Origin: Chanos chanos
Lineage: Eukaryota
NCBI RefSeq assembly: GCF_902362185.1
Contig: NC_044504.1
Span: 33,220,702 to 33,284,701 of the forward strand
DNA: 64,000 bases
Direction: 5' to 3'
This document shows, piece by piece, positions 1 to 14,000 of the stretch. Positions within the stretch are counted from its first letter, which is position 1. Every line of letters begins with the position of its first letter. The notes below the pieces were generated by a model, which did not search any database, had not been told where the DNA came from, and was given only the letters and a program-made list of their open reading frames with translations. The translations under genes were made by a program, and so were the position numbers.

Positions 1-1171
1 CTCAGAGCCCGTTGAAGTGTGTCTCACTCTGTCTGTGTTTGTCAGTTCGCTCAACCTACTCTGCCTAATGGAGACAAGGCTCTTTAACCGTCTGCCTGAC
101 TAAACAGCTTTTCAGAAGAGATATGCCAGCGCTCTCTAAATGTCCCTCATCTCACCCCTCGAGAAACGGGCGCGTCGGAGTGGATGAAGGTGCCTGTAAA
201 TGGGTGGGTGGGGGGAGGGAGGAGTTGACAAAATGGCTCCGCAGTTGTTCGGGTTATCCGAAACCGAGACGCGGCATCTCGAGTGCCTGTGTCTAACAAT
301 AACAGAATAGCGAGGTGGAGTCACACACCCCTCACACACACACACACACACGGAAAGAGGAGATGGCTCTGTTGTTTCACTGCCGTCTTGTATTGCGCCA
401 AGTGGGTCAGAGAAGAAGAAGAAGAAGAAACAGGGACAGCCTTGTCAGGAAGTGGAATTGTAATGGGGGGCGGTGGAACGAGGAAGAGGAGAGGTCAACG
501 TTCTTACAAACACTCAGAGCCATTAAAGGGAGTAGATTCTGCTGAAAGGCTAAAGTAAGACATGGCGTACATCGTTGGACACCGTGAGGCTATTGTTTCC
601 CCGTGTGCCCCCAGGCTTACAATGATTCAAACAGGAACACACAGCTGCACTGCCTACCCTGTCTAGCAGACAGAGATAGCTTGGCTTGAATGAAAGAGAG
701 CGAGCATTACGGTGGAAGCGGCGAGCCAAGACTCTTTTCTTTGTCATGGATAAGAAATACAGGCATTTGACCTCCGCTGCTGTTGCATCTCAGCAAAATA
801 CATGGACATGGACAAATCTGACTGAATTGCATGTCCGTTTTCTATAGACTGAAGTTGTATGTAGAGAAAAGTCCCATTTTAGCCATGTAATGTACAGCAT
901 TAAGCCAAGCCAATATTACATGGTAACACACTGCATAACGACCATAAACCTGGTGGAACAAATTCAAGTGGACTCCATTTTTTGTTTTTGCTCAGACTCC
1001 AGTATGTTCTTCTCTGAACCATCTGAACCATATTCCTCTTCTTCCAGTATAACGTATTATTCCTCCACGTAATATTCCGTGCATTATAGAATCCATTGTT
1101 GACATGACTACATAAGTAGGTATGTATGTGTGTGTATATACACACACAAAAAACAATAGAAGAATAAAGTG

Positions 1172-1208
<37 letters not shown>

Positions 1209-2168
1209 TTTGAATATATATATTCAAAGTACACACTATGGTCCATCAGCCTCCGTCTGTTCCTCTGCTTCCCACACTGTTTGTCTTTCATAAGATGAGG
1301 AGAGATGACAACATGGATCTCCATTTCCAGAGCAAATCACTGATTCTGAGAGCAAACAGGGATAGCGTTGAGTGGCAGTTGCATCTTAAAGGACTCTGCT
1401 AATGATAGGGAAGGGGAGTGCGCGTCATTGCGAGTCTGCCATCAGACGCCGGACAAACCACCTGCCGTAATGAATTCTGTGTAGCTGGAGATTTGCAGTG
1501 GCCGAAGGAGATAAGCGGCAGCAGTCTTTTTCTGCGGGCGAGACACACCTGTGTGCTGAGGCAACCACTGCTCTGTTCTACTGCTCTACATTATTCGTGA
1601 CATCCCGAAATACTTAATGCATTTCAGATGACCTCGCTTTCTCTCTCGTTTTATTTATCTATTGCTCCCTCGTATTTTTGTCTCTCTGCCCTTCCTCTCC
1701 TTTCTTTGTCCCTCTGTGTGCGTCTCTCTCTCTCTCTGCCCGTTTTCATCTGGTTCTGTCTTTCGGCCTGTCATCATTTTTCTCTCTTGCGTCTTTCTGC
1801 ATTCCTCCTCTTGGAAAGGTGACTTTCTGCATCTCTGACACCACGTTGGCTTATGAATGACTGTTATGAGAATGTTAAGAAAAGTAACGTAAGGCTTATA
1901 TCATGGCCAGTAATCCTTTTGTAACGAACATATGCCTCATCCACAACCACGGACGTCGGAGCTTAAACCAGCTGGACCGGTGATGTCACTGGCGGACGCT
2001 GATGTAACGTGTAAGTGAGCCAGCTCCGTAGAACTGGGTCAACAGCAGAGTGACTTTAACAAGAAGGGAGAGAACAGAGAACGTGGATTGTGTTCGGAAT
2101 GAGCTTACTCTTTAAGATCTGTATGGACGTCTCTGTGGAGATATTTTTACTGCTCCTTGTCTTATCTT

Positions 2169-2171
<3 letters not shown>

Positions 2172-2254
<83 letters not shown>

Positions 2255-2259
2255 TTTTT
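2172..2259 (+). repeat. (AT)~32 followed by (T)23
   Basis: Read directly from the sequence. Confidence 0.95.
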
Positions 2260-5022
2260 CAGTGCAGAATTCAGTACAAAACAGTTCATCCACACTGCAC
2301 AAGAGTTCAAGTGTATCACATTTCTGTGGAGTATTATTTGGGAATAAGGAAAAGCCTGTGCTTTTTTGGCCCGAGTTCCTACGATAAGATTATGTGGTAT
2401 CTCATCTTCTATTTGTGTATATTAGCGGTCGAAACCTCAGGCTTTTCCCGGATGATGAAAACAAATTTTCTCTCTCTCTCGATCTCCTTTTTCTTTTTTT
2501 CCTCGGCGAAACCCAGAAAATGAATCCTGATCAAAGCTTAATGATGAGTAATGCCATTCAGAAGCGGACTGCCTCTCCTCAGGGGTCTTTCTCAAAAAGA
2601 AAAGTCTGTTCTGCTCTACAGTGCCGGTGAAGGAAAAAAAAACTCTGAGCCTAATGCCTCTACGATTCCTTTTGACCTCTGTAACTGCCATAACTCTCTA
2701 GATTACACAGGTCTTCCAGCTTTCCTGTGGTAAAAGGTGATCTTAAGAGCGTGTCTATAGGAGACTGGTGCATAGCAACCGTCCTCCTCTGTTTCCTTGT
2801 GTTTCTGGACTGGGATGAGGAGAAATTGCGTTGAGCTGTGCTAGCAGATTAAGATCATGATGTACTGCTCTCTCTGCCTGAAGGGAAGAAAATGACTCAC
2901 TTCTTTGCCCTAAGCTCTATGTGATGATTACTTAATTAGCTCTAGACAATACCGAGTCCTCTCATGATTTTACTACCGTTCTGGTGTTGCTATGGCAGAT
3001 ATCTCCCATGGTTCCACCATTCTCCCTTAAGGCAGTGTAATCTGTCGGAAAGCTAATGTGGTGGTTAGTTTAACTGGGGACAATATCTTCCCTAACGTGA
3101 AGGACACGCTGCGATGCAGTGTCTGGCAAAGGGAAAAACGGTGACAGCAATTAACAAAATGAAATGTTATTTACTGCATGTACGCCAAACTGTATGTCTT
3201 TAAGGCTCGTCCCTTGAGTTGATCAGCGTGGACAGAACGAAGCAGTCGTGCTGCGGCTGAAGTGACATTGCTCAGGTCTCACCATGTCTCAGTCGAACTA
3301 ATCGAGGTGGGCAGATGTTGGCGTGCTCCTAATTGCCTGTTTGACATAATGAGCGTTGCATGAAATCACAGAAACGCCACGCCGGCTCTGAAAATAGCTT
3401 TTAAGAGGAGAGACACACAGCAAGAGAAACTGTTTGGGTGGGAGATGGAAAATTGGGGGAGGTGGGGAGGGAGGTAAGGAGGGAGGAGGGAGGGCGACAG
3501 TGCAGTGGTGCTCGCTGAAGCAGATTTGTAGATAAATGCATTATCATAGAGTGTTAGCTTGCACATTAGGCTGAGGCTTTTTGTAATGTTCGGCATTATT
3601 GGTGTTTACTGTCATCAGCAGGGACCTTTGGCTCTCTGGGGGCCCCAGCAGCAGCAGCAGCTATTAGTCCTCGCATTCATCTCACACACAGACACTGCGT
3701 TGCTAAGAGGTGTTTATGGACCAGGCATTTAACCTCAAGTCTTGCCACTCGCCAAGGCACACATTAGCAACCTGCGCAAGGTGCCTGCCCTCAGATTAGC
3801 TCTTAAAAACAGGCTCAACAAGGTAACAGCTTTAGCACTTGTGTATTTACTGTTAGCAGTAACTTTTATGGTGAAAACTCAGGGTACCATAAATGTATTA
3901 TCTGCCAGTGCACTCACTTTTGGGTGAATAAACATGGAGTTTTTTTTTTTCCCCCAGAAAAATGATCTTCTGTTGTAGATTGTATCTATAGTAAGCGTCC
4001 TTTTAGTACCTCATGAATCATCAAATGCATATGTAAAATGTATATGATTACAACACACGCTAACGTCTTTAAACAGTTAAAGGTTAATTCTGGGTAAGAG
4101 CAGGCCTGACTGTATGTGTTGTGGTCTATGGCTGTTAAAATGGGTTTGGTTTGAGAGCACTCCCCTGTTTAGGTCATTTCTATTCTGTTCCAAACCTTTT
4201 GTCCTGAAGCGAGACTCCACTGGCAGCCTGGGGCTTTGGGTGAATTGGACCGAGATAACCAAGATTCCCTAACCATATCTGTGTCTCGTGTCACTGTATC
4301 CACTTGACCTCTTTTCCATCACAATCTCTCCCCTCTCTCTTATCTCTTCTGTATCTAGTATCTCATTCTTTCACAAGGCCTCTCATCCCCCTCTCAAGAA
4401 AAGCGTGTAGCTTCAAATTGCATTTCCCATACGTTTGCTCCCTTTCACAGAAGCTGTTTGAACAGCTGTTCTTCGCTCATTCTGTCCATGAAGCAAAAAT
4501 CACCCAACTGACAGAGGGCCAATAAGTTTTTCCGAAATGAAATGAAATGAAATGAAATGTGAAATGAATTGGCATACAGGTTATCCAAAAAAAAAAAGGT
4601 GAACGACTATTTTATTTTATATTTATATTTTATTCTGAGATAGTTTTAACTGTTTCTTTGTGTGTGTCTGTGTCTTGTGTGTGTGTGTGTTTTTAAATTC
4701 ACATGTCTGATCCTCCTTTTTCTGCGCTCCTGCAGCCTGCTCTTCTTATGTGCTTATCATGAGTTTACCTCCTTAGAATGAGGAGATTAGCACAGGAAGG
4801 GGTTCACTAGGATCTTGTAGGCAGCCTCCGCAGAAACCACTTTGTGTGTAAGGATGTCTTGGTTAGAGGATCCTTAGTATCCATATATCCAAACGACCAA
4901 ACTGTGAAGTGATTTTTGTTGTTGTTGTTGTTGTTGTTGTTGTTTTTATTTTTTGGAAAGCAGAGAGTCTGTACTACCATTTCCACATCATTGACACTCT
5001 CCTCCGTTTGTGTCTCCTTTAG

Positions 5023-5281
5023 GGAGGAGGAGGAGAGCCTGCGAGATAAGATCCGGGCGGACCACGAGCGTGCTCTTCAGGAGGCCAAGGAAAAGCTCCG
5101 TAAATCCAAAGAGGAGCTGAGGGCCGAGATTCAGACCGAGAAGGTCAAGGTGGCCGAGGACCTGAAGAAGAAGGAGGGGCCCAAACCCTTGCCCCCGGTG
5201 CCTATGCCCAAACTGGTGGGGGTCAACGACGGCGACCCTGGAGACCCAGACGTGAAGGAGAAGCGAGACAAGATCAGGGAG
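5023..5281 (+). CDS. man1a2: man1a2 coding exon (stem region: ...EEEESLRDKIRADHERALQEAKEKLRKSKEELRAEIQTEK...PLPPVPMPKLVGVNDGDPGDPDVKEKRDKIRE)
   Basis: Acceptor ...tgtgtctcctttag|G at 5021-5022 and donor GAG|gtaggc at 5282. The translation resembles the coiled-coil stem of MAN1A2 just N-terminal to the catalytic domain. The exon starts in phase 2 (one base completes a codon from the upstream exon) and ends in phase 0. Confidence 0.85.
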
Positions 5282-7295
5282 GTAGGCAGACGCGTCGGCG
5301 TGTTTGTATTTTGGTTCGGTGCCGTGTTAGTTCGTTTGCGCGCTCTGTTTGTTTCCACCTCCAGGTTATATTTCTCCAGTAAGTTAAGAACAGAGCTGAA
5401 ATTGTTTTTGTACCCTTTCTCTCAGTTAATTACTTGACATCATTTCTCTTTAAATGGTACTTGGAATTGAACAGTCACAGTCCATTTAATCTGAGACTGG
5501 CATGGGCTCAAACTCCGACTCTGTGCTGATGCAGTTATGAGTCTTTGAAAATGGGATCCTGCCTCAAGTGAGAGCGACGCTGTCTAAAAGGCGGCTAGCA
5601 ACGGATTTACGTCCGATTGTGAAGGTGATGACTTAGATGCTGCGGCTGTCACACATTTCACACAGACCTTTTCAAGTTTCTTACAACTTTAAAATGATGC
5701 AGTGGTATATTCGTTGTCCTCTTTTCACTCACCCTTTACCCCTTTTCAGTGCAGTGCGTAGTTTTGCAGCACCGTTTTCTTTTGCTCTTGGCATTGATCA
5801 TTAAGAATTGTGTCGTTACAGTGGATAATTCAACAGAGTCGACTGAAGCCAGGGATAGAGAAAATAAAAGTCCAGGAATTTATAGCGCTTGTAAAAAAAA
5901 AAGAAAAAAAAAAAGCTTTATTTCTCAAATGTTGAGAAAAAAAGCGCTTTGTTTTTAAGGATTACAAGCTAATTAACCAGAGGAGGGTTATTATTACACA
6001 GGCTGTTAATGTGAATTGAAGTTGCAACTGCGTCGTTTCTTTAATTTATTTGATTGACAGTAAATTTGTTACCTCTTGAAGATCGAGCAGCCTGCAAGCC
6101 TTAGCCTGTGCGGGATTTTGACTGCGAGTTAAATTTAACCAGATGTGTCACAGTTCTCTGTTCCCCAAAAATCTGTCACAGCAAGGTGTTTGTTTGTATG
6201 TACACAACTGAATATAATAAACAGTCTAATCTCCTGTCTTCTCATTTCATCAACCGATATTCATGCCAAGACGGTATGAAAGAAAACATCGGTGATTTAA
6301 AACGACGCCTCGATTTTAAGACCGCGATACCTCGAAACTCTCTGTCGTCCTTCTGGCCCTAGTGGGCAGTGAGACAGAGATGATGAGTCAGCATCTGCAC
6401 TGAACATAAAAATCCCTCCCCATTATTTCCAAGTAATCAGGAATTCCTAATGGGTTGTAATTAGCTCTTATGTTCGGCTGGTATATTTTTTGACTTCTCT
6501 GGGGAATTGGTGTGTTTTTCCACACTTGGGTGGGCTGAGCGGCACTGTAGACTAACGGACCAGTTAAATCGATGTCTGTAGCTGGGCCTTCATCGCTGGG
6601 TCAGAGATCTATGCAGTTATAAATAAGTACTTAGGAAGACCGTTATGGAGACGAGAAAATGGAAGGCTGTATGCAGGCACGAGGCCTAATCTGTCTTCTC
6701 ATCACAGACAATATAAAACATTGTCTTTTTATGTTTGTGGGATTTTTTTTCCAGTCAATACAAGAAAGAAAAGAATGTTTGTGTGTGCTGTTCTGTTGTT
6801 AAGGTCAAAGACAGGACATCTGCCATTCACTAGGGGACCTTAACCACCTAGAGATATACAAACACATCTCTGTGCGGTGTGTGTGTGTGTTTGTGTGTGT
6901 CTGTCTCCTGCAGGGCAGGGTTTTAAGGTCCAGCCCGCTCACAGTCGAAACCCCTCAGCAGGACCATCTGGTGTTCGTCAGGGGACCTTAACCCTGAAGC
7001 GTACTCACACTCAAACCAAAATTTGTGTCTATGTGCGTGTCTGTGTGGTGTGTGTGTGAGTGTGTGTGTCTGTGTGTTTCTGCATCTGTGAAGCTGATGA
7101 TTCGATGTTCAACCATGACTACTTTAATTTTCATAATGGACTCACAGCTGACCTCCTCAAACATTCTGTCCTCAACTCACATCATTTCTCTCTCTTTGTC
7201 TCTTCCTCTTCCCCTCCTCTCTCTCTATGTCTTTATGTCTCATTTCACCGTTCCTCATGTAACCCTGGACAGTTGTTATACTAACGGTACGCTTC

Positions 7296-7790
7296 CACTG
7301 CAGTGAATTTCGCATTGCTCTCATTCAGGTTATGTGGATGCGAAATTTGCACAGATTGTGCGAAATCGGTGCGGATTTGCAGAAACAAGCAAAATTTGAG
7401 ATGGCGAACTTTCAGCTTTATGCAAATGAGAACCATGCTAGAACCAATCAGTTCAGCGTGTGATATGCTTGGTACGTGACGTTCTCTAGAGAGGCGGGAG
7501 AGACAAAAAAGGTTTGACCAAGATGGCGGAGAGACGTGTCTATGATTAAGAGATGTATGGGCAACCATTTGTGTCTACATCAACACGCGTTGTTGTTTAC
7601 ATGTTACATGAACTTAGTCGGGGCCAGAGCGGTACAAAAATCTCTCAAGATAAACCACTGCAGACCTTCTTTTAAGCACTCGGAACTTTTGAGCTAGGTG
7701 ACTTGCTTGCTGTTTTTGTGACCACGCCCCCAGAGCGAAATATCGTAGTGCGAAATTCGCAAGGTGTTTCGCTGTGTGGAAGTCTAGCGT
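7296..7790. mobile_element. Possible non-autonomous DNA-transposon (MITE-like) remnant with imperfect terminal inverted repeats and internal sub-repeats
   Basis: The 5' end reads ccactgcagtgaatttcgcattgc and the 3' end gtagtgcgaaattcgcaagg, giving an inverted core gaatttcgca. Internal degenerate copies include gcgaaatttgcacag, gcgaaatcggtgcgg and gatttgcagaaac. No transposase ORF is present. Confidence 0.25.
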
Positions 7791-10700
7791 AAGAGCTTTT
7801 CTCACTCCTGGCAGAGGTTCTTATAGCCTAACCTTTTAAAGAACATATGGCAGACGCTACCTGCAGAAAACGTGTGCTCCCGTTTGATGTGTCCCATGCC
7901 ATGTGTGAGAAAGTTACTCACTTATGCTCTGTATGTAAAGAGTCGTGTGGCATATGATCCACATGACATTTAATCATTTATGAGAGTTCTTGTACCAATG
8001 CATTATGGATATACCACAGATCCATATTTTATTAGCTAGAATGTTCTGTCTTGTCTCGTAGTTGAGCTGCATGTGGACCTGAATGTGTAAGAGTGTCTGT
8101 GTGTTTATCATTACCCGCTAAAGCACCGACCGTATGATTTTGCTGGGCTCTGATGCCTTTTCACAGGTGGGACTGTCTGTTCACATGAACGAATGAACCA
8201 AGAAATGAGAACGTAAAGTATTCAGATGTGCATCATTTTATACGAATGATGAGTAACTCGGTTGAAAGCTGATGGAGTAGTTTGCCGTGACGTTCGTACC
8301 GTAGTTGTCTCCCGTTTATCTTAATGAGTCATGTTTTGGTATGGAAGACGGAGAAGCTCCGCTCAGGAGCACAGTACTACGCTCTGCCTTCATTAGCACC
8401 GTGCTAACTCTGATTAGCGTCTGCTTGATGAAATGTGTATGTCAGAGGAACTGACAGAGAACATGACGTTCCCACAATGCCTCTCTCTTCGGGCCGTTGC
8501 CACGGCAGCACACCTCAGCTGTTTGCGTGAGACGCCTTGTTCGAACAGATTAAAGTAAAGCAGCGAATTCATTTTTCTTGCGCGGATTAGCATGCCGCGA
8601 GAGCCCTGACTGGAAAGGCAAGAGCCTGGAGGAAAAAAACATCTATCAAAGCTGTTTCGTTTTGTTTTCGTATGTGCGCATAGTGTTTTTGGAGTGTGTT
8701 AAAATAACGTTCTGTAAGGGTATGCCTATATGTGTTTGTGTATTGAACAGAGAATATAAAAGTGCACAGAAAAGAGAAGTTGACTGTGTATTGTGCTTGT
8801 ATAAAGCACTGTTTTCTTTTAACACAAATTCATGCTTATCAGTTGGAGGGCTTTCTCTAGTGCAGTGTTTTCCCTCATATCTTATGAGCTAACACGTTGT
8901 AGTACTAATTATGTAATACTTTCTGTACATAAAAGGACTGATAAGAGTCAGTGATCCCTTTGCAAATGATGACGTTTCCAGTATAGCCTGTTTCATTTCT
9001 CTTTCCTGTGATCCAGCATCATCACAGAGCCTTCTGGAGAGTGTGAAAAAGTTTTGAATTGTCTCTGTTTGATCCCTGTGTCCTCTTGCCCTCTATCAGG
9101 GCTCACAGTGGGGACCTGGCAGACGGCGTTGAATGTCTTTATTCAGTGTACCAGCGTCGATGATAGTCTGCAGGACCCGCAGTGTGGAAGGCAGTTATTT
9201 CTTTGTTTCTTAAAGTACTGACAGGGTCTTAGAGACTGAAGTGAGAGCACTGATGTGGTACATTTAACTTGGTCTGGAGTAATGGTCATGCATGCACAAC
9301 TCACAGGCCTTTGGAATGTGTGGGCTTTGGGTGGGGGGGCTGGTGTGTTTGATTTGCAGTGGTATGTTGTTGGATGGTTTTCCAGACAAAGCCTAGTCCT
9401 GGAAAGAATGTTACTGTTCAAGGGGAGTCCACGTTATAAATCCTTTTTTTAGTCTCGAGGGAATTTGACCGTGTCAGAAAAACAGGCCTGTGAGTCTGGA
9501 TCTTAGGTGACTGCTCGTGTTTGGTTGATTGGGTACAGCGGATGGATGCGTCAAGGAGCTAATGTTTGGTTAATTCAGAATAGTACGTGAATGCGGGGAG
9601 GAACTGGCATGAGTCTGTTTGGATGTGGCCTGTGTGTGAGGTGTGGGACTGGTGTGTGAGGTTGGCAGGATGAACATAACTCCTGGGGTGTGTTAGGAGA
9701 TGACATGCATGAGCAATGAGCATATGTCCAAAGCAGGGAGCTAGAAGGGGAGGGAGACATAAAAGTCTACGTAACATTCAAGGACTCAAGGTCAAAGAGG
9801 AGTGGGGGGAGAAGGAGTGAGATGGAGAGGGAAGGTAAGGATGGTTAGAAGGAGGCTGAGGGAGAATTCTTTCTCTTCTCTTCTCTTCTCTTCTCTTCTC
9901 TTCTCTTCTCTTCTCTCCTCTCCTCTCCTCTCTTGTTACTGTAGACTATGTGTTATGATCACTCAAGTATTCTCCCATCAGTCTTAGGTATGAATCTCTC
10001 TCCCATACTCACACACACACACACTCTGTCACTCTCTCACTCTCCCTGACGTTCTCCTTCTCTCACACACATAAAACTGAGGTCACTGCACAGATTTAAG
10101 TGGTCAAAATCAAGGTCTAGAACGTGTGAAAGTTTGTCCTATTTCACAATAACTTGTAAAGCGTCCAGCCGCAAGATTGCAGACAGCCTGGCTGTTTTTG
10201 GCTGAGCCTCAGAAAGTTCTTGGTCAGTAATGTTTTACATCTGTCTGGGGGGAATGAAAAGCACTAATGAGAGTGAGCTGGTTATATTATAACCTTCTCT
10301 CTAATAAAGGCCTTAAACCTACAGGCTGACTGACAATGCCGTCTGTCCTCATTGGTTGATTCCCAGGGCTCTTAAGCAGCCTTTCTCTCAAGTACAGCAT
10401 CTCAACCCCCTCGCTGTGGCGCTGTTGCTTTCTCACTGGTTTACAGATGCAAAAAAATTCACCAAAGAACAACGCTCGGTGTTTGCTTTGCTGTGCACAT
10501 ATATTTTATTTCGTTCTGTGAATGCCCATCAGTGGCGTGTAGGGAACGGGATGCCATTCTACAGATGGCCAGTGTTTACACTGCGCACCTATGCGTGTAT
10601 GTTTAATGGTTGTCCTTTGAACTGCAATTATCTACGTTGTGTTGTGCAAAGGCTGGTCAAATAGGCCTATCTGAGTTCTTTTAGTGCCCACCTTTAAAGG

Positions 10701-10981
10701 GAATTTATCACCTCCTCCCTGTCCGCATGCCTCCGCCGCGCTTACCCGGAGATGCAAATCTGATGTCGCATCCTGACTAGCCTTGCGTATCTTCCGCAGT
10801 GCCACGTTTCAGACGCGGCCCAATCCGTCAGAGGGGAAAGGGAGGATGGTTTTAAATCAATCAAAGCGACTCCAGCGGTCGTCGGGGGCGACAGATAATC
10901 CCGGTTACAGCGCCACAAACTTTTAAAGCACTGCGGCATAGCTCAGATGACCAGTGGCGGCGTGAGCACCGAAAAGATAAA

Positions 10982-11033
<52 letters not shown>

Positions 11034-14000
11034 TAAGTCCAGTGGTGCAGTAAAGATGAGCTGTGCTGAGAGATTTATGAATGCATCCCTGCACCCTGGG
11101 GCCTGTTAAGCACAGCAGGGGGTTAATACTAATTAATGCTGCTGCCCCTGGAGGTGACCGTTAGGAAGACACATTTTCACAGGCTTACTCTGTGCGTGTG
11201 CGTGTGTGTGTATGCGTGTGCGTGTGTGTGTGTTAGAGAGAGAGAAAGAGGGGGAGATGGACATGAGTTTTGGCGGCTGTTATGAAGGTCAGTGCTCTGT
11301 CACACGCAGTAAATGTTGCGTTGGTCGTTAGCCGTTGCGCTTTAGCTGGCAGGACAGTGTATCTGAGGACAGGGCAGAGGTCTGACCCTGTGGCATATGT
11401 GCTCTCGTTTCTTCTTCACTCACACTCTTCCCTGAGTACGTGGAAGCGTCAGATAAAGAAAGTAAACCCGTAAAATGTACACTTCCTGCAAATGAGTTGG
11501 AATCTCTCGCTTCTTTTTTTTTTTTCCATCCGGAAAAGATCTCGTCTTGTGAATTATTCCGTACGTTATCGCCCTCCTGGTTTTCTCTGCTACTCCTTTT
11601 CATTCATGACCTTCACCTGTCTGTCTCTCACTCCCGTTGTTGCTGCATGGAGTCTGTCATCTTTCCTAAGATTTATACTTCCCTCTGTCTCTCTCTCTCT
11701 CTCTTTCTCTCGGCCCCGCCCGCACGGTGCTGGCTTTGTCTCAGCTCTAGGAAGCGCTCCAGACAGAGTGATTTACTCTAAAAGGATCTCCTTCTCACGC
11801 TTCTCTCCCAGTACACTGTGGAAAAACCGTCAGGGCACCAAATAATGTCTTCATGTAACGCGCCCAAGAGCCACGTTTCCCCTTCTGCCAGCGTCACGCT
11901 CCTAAAAAAAATACCCAATGATAATGAGAACAAAAATCATATTAAAGCGTCTGAAAGCTCCAATTAGCCACAGGAAAAGTGACAGTGCCCCGAGGGCAGG
12001 GAGAGAGAGAGAGAGTGAGAGAGAGTGTGAATGAAAATATATTTCTGCTCTCTCCCATCCACACATCAGTGTGGATGTTGGATGAGGTGAATTTTAGAGA
12101 ACAGAGAGTTGAATCTCCTTGCTGGACTTTGACCTTGATAAGGACTCAGGGTGCTGTCCGTATATTTACGGAAACAGAGGCTGTCAAACTCGTCTGTTTA
12201 CGGGAAACATGTGTGGGCTGATTCTCACGTACAAACACGGGCTCACTTAATTAAACAGAGAGAGTATGACATTTGTTTGTTTGTTTGTTTGTTTTTTTCC
12301 TGAGAAGGCCTGCTTTTTTTCCCATGGATAGGAATGCATTACCTTGTTTTTAGTTTTATTTTTGTATTATTATTATTTTTTTTTACATGATCTCTGATCC
12401 ACTAACACAGACCAAATACTGCCAAATCGCATTAACTCAAAGCCTGTGGCACATACCTGCGGGATATAACATGAATGCCAGAATAATGTAATGAACCACC
12501 TGATGCTCACAGATATAAGAGCCTAATTTATTCTGTATGAACATTAATCATGCTGCAGTTCCTGACTGCAGGACGAAGTGACAGTTTGCATGGCAGTGGC
12601 ATTGGACTGTACAGCCCAGCAGTTATTCTGTGCCAAGAGCTTTTGCTTTGATCTTGTGGGGGTTTTTTTTTTTTTTTTGCCCGGAAAAGTTAAGAATATG
12701 AACATAATGTAAATGACACTTTGGGACCTCACAGCACAGACATTGCTGTATTCCATGAGGACTTAATTTGTCAGAATTCCTGCTAACTTGCAGGCAAAAT
12801 GCTGCAGACCAAAGCTCTACATTATGCATGAAAGAGAAAGAGAGAGAGAGAAGAGGACGGGTGAGATAGTGGATGGATAGATAGAAAGAACCAAAAAGAA
12901 ATGGAATGCATCAAAGTTTTGGACAAACAGGGAAAAGTTTTAGTGAGAGAACAGAGAATTTTCTTTAACACACGTATGTTTTTTTTTTGTTGTTGTTGTT
13001 GTTTGTTTTTTTTTCAAATAGGCTATCGTCGAGTTTGAAAGGTTCAGAATCGTTATCGTCAAGTTTGAAAGATTCAGAAGTTATTTCTGGCTCTTGAGAT
13101 TTTTGTGTGTTCTCACCGACTCTTTCCCATGAAAGGCTTCAGCTAAGCCACTGAGCAATGTCTCAGTGAAAGAGCTTAAAACTAGCCTGTGGCCCAGCCA
13201 GTGGAGTCCCCCCCCCCCCCCACTGACTGGAAAAAAAAAAAAGGGTTTCTTTTACCGAGCGGCACATATAAATACCTAACGTTCCAAAGAGCTGAGACGT
13301 GCGAACATCAGCCTCCTCGCAGTGCAACCTGAAACCAGAGATGCAACGTTCAAGATGTTACTGGCGAAATATGCCAAGGGCTCAACTCTCTAGAGAGTGT
13401 TTGGAGCTCCGATACCTGGAAACGATGCAGGGATTACGCTTCCTCTTCTGAGGTTTTGGAAGAACATTGTCTTCCAATGTCACATGCAGCAGTTTGTGGC
13501 TGATGGGCTGTTGCACTAAATTTATTTAAGTAAATCCTACTGAGCGGTAATTATTGTCTGATTAACCATGTAATCTGAAGTGACTAAATGTTTTAAGTGT
13601 TAAAGGCACAATCCCAGAGAAGAACAGCGTTTTGACACTGGATTCAGTCAGCCTGGGGTTAATTGTGAACATGTGGCTGACTGATTCATAATGTCATAAC
13701 ACGATCATTTATAATCTCTCGTCTGCACAGCTTACGTCATGGAAAAAGATCATAGCCAGGAAAACAACCAAAGTATTGGCTTTTTTTTTTTTTTTTTATT
13801 GGTCTGGTTCCTTCGTAGGTAACAGAAGAGGCAGTTAAGAGGCTATGAACAGAAAAGGAAAAAGCCTGGCTTTAACACACAGGTCGGCTACCCGCGGTAA
13901 TGCAGCATAGACAGCCTGCAGCTTCTGCGTTGTCTTCTTCTGAGACACCACTCAGACAGTGCCTTTTACTGCCCAATAAATGGCCTGTGTGCTCTGCTAG

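Noticed and set aside
10925-10975. tRNA-like start (gcatagctcagatgaccagtggcgg) suggesting a tRNA gene
   Set aside because: The A-box is interrupted, and no B-box (GGTTCGAnnCC) or acceptor-stem complement is found within 70-90 nt. At most it is a degenerate SINE-derived fragment.
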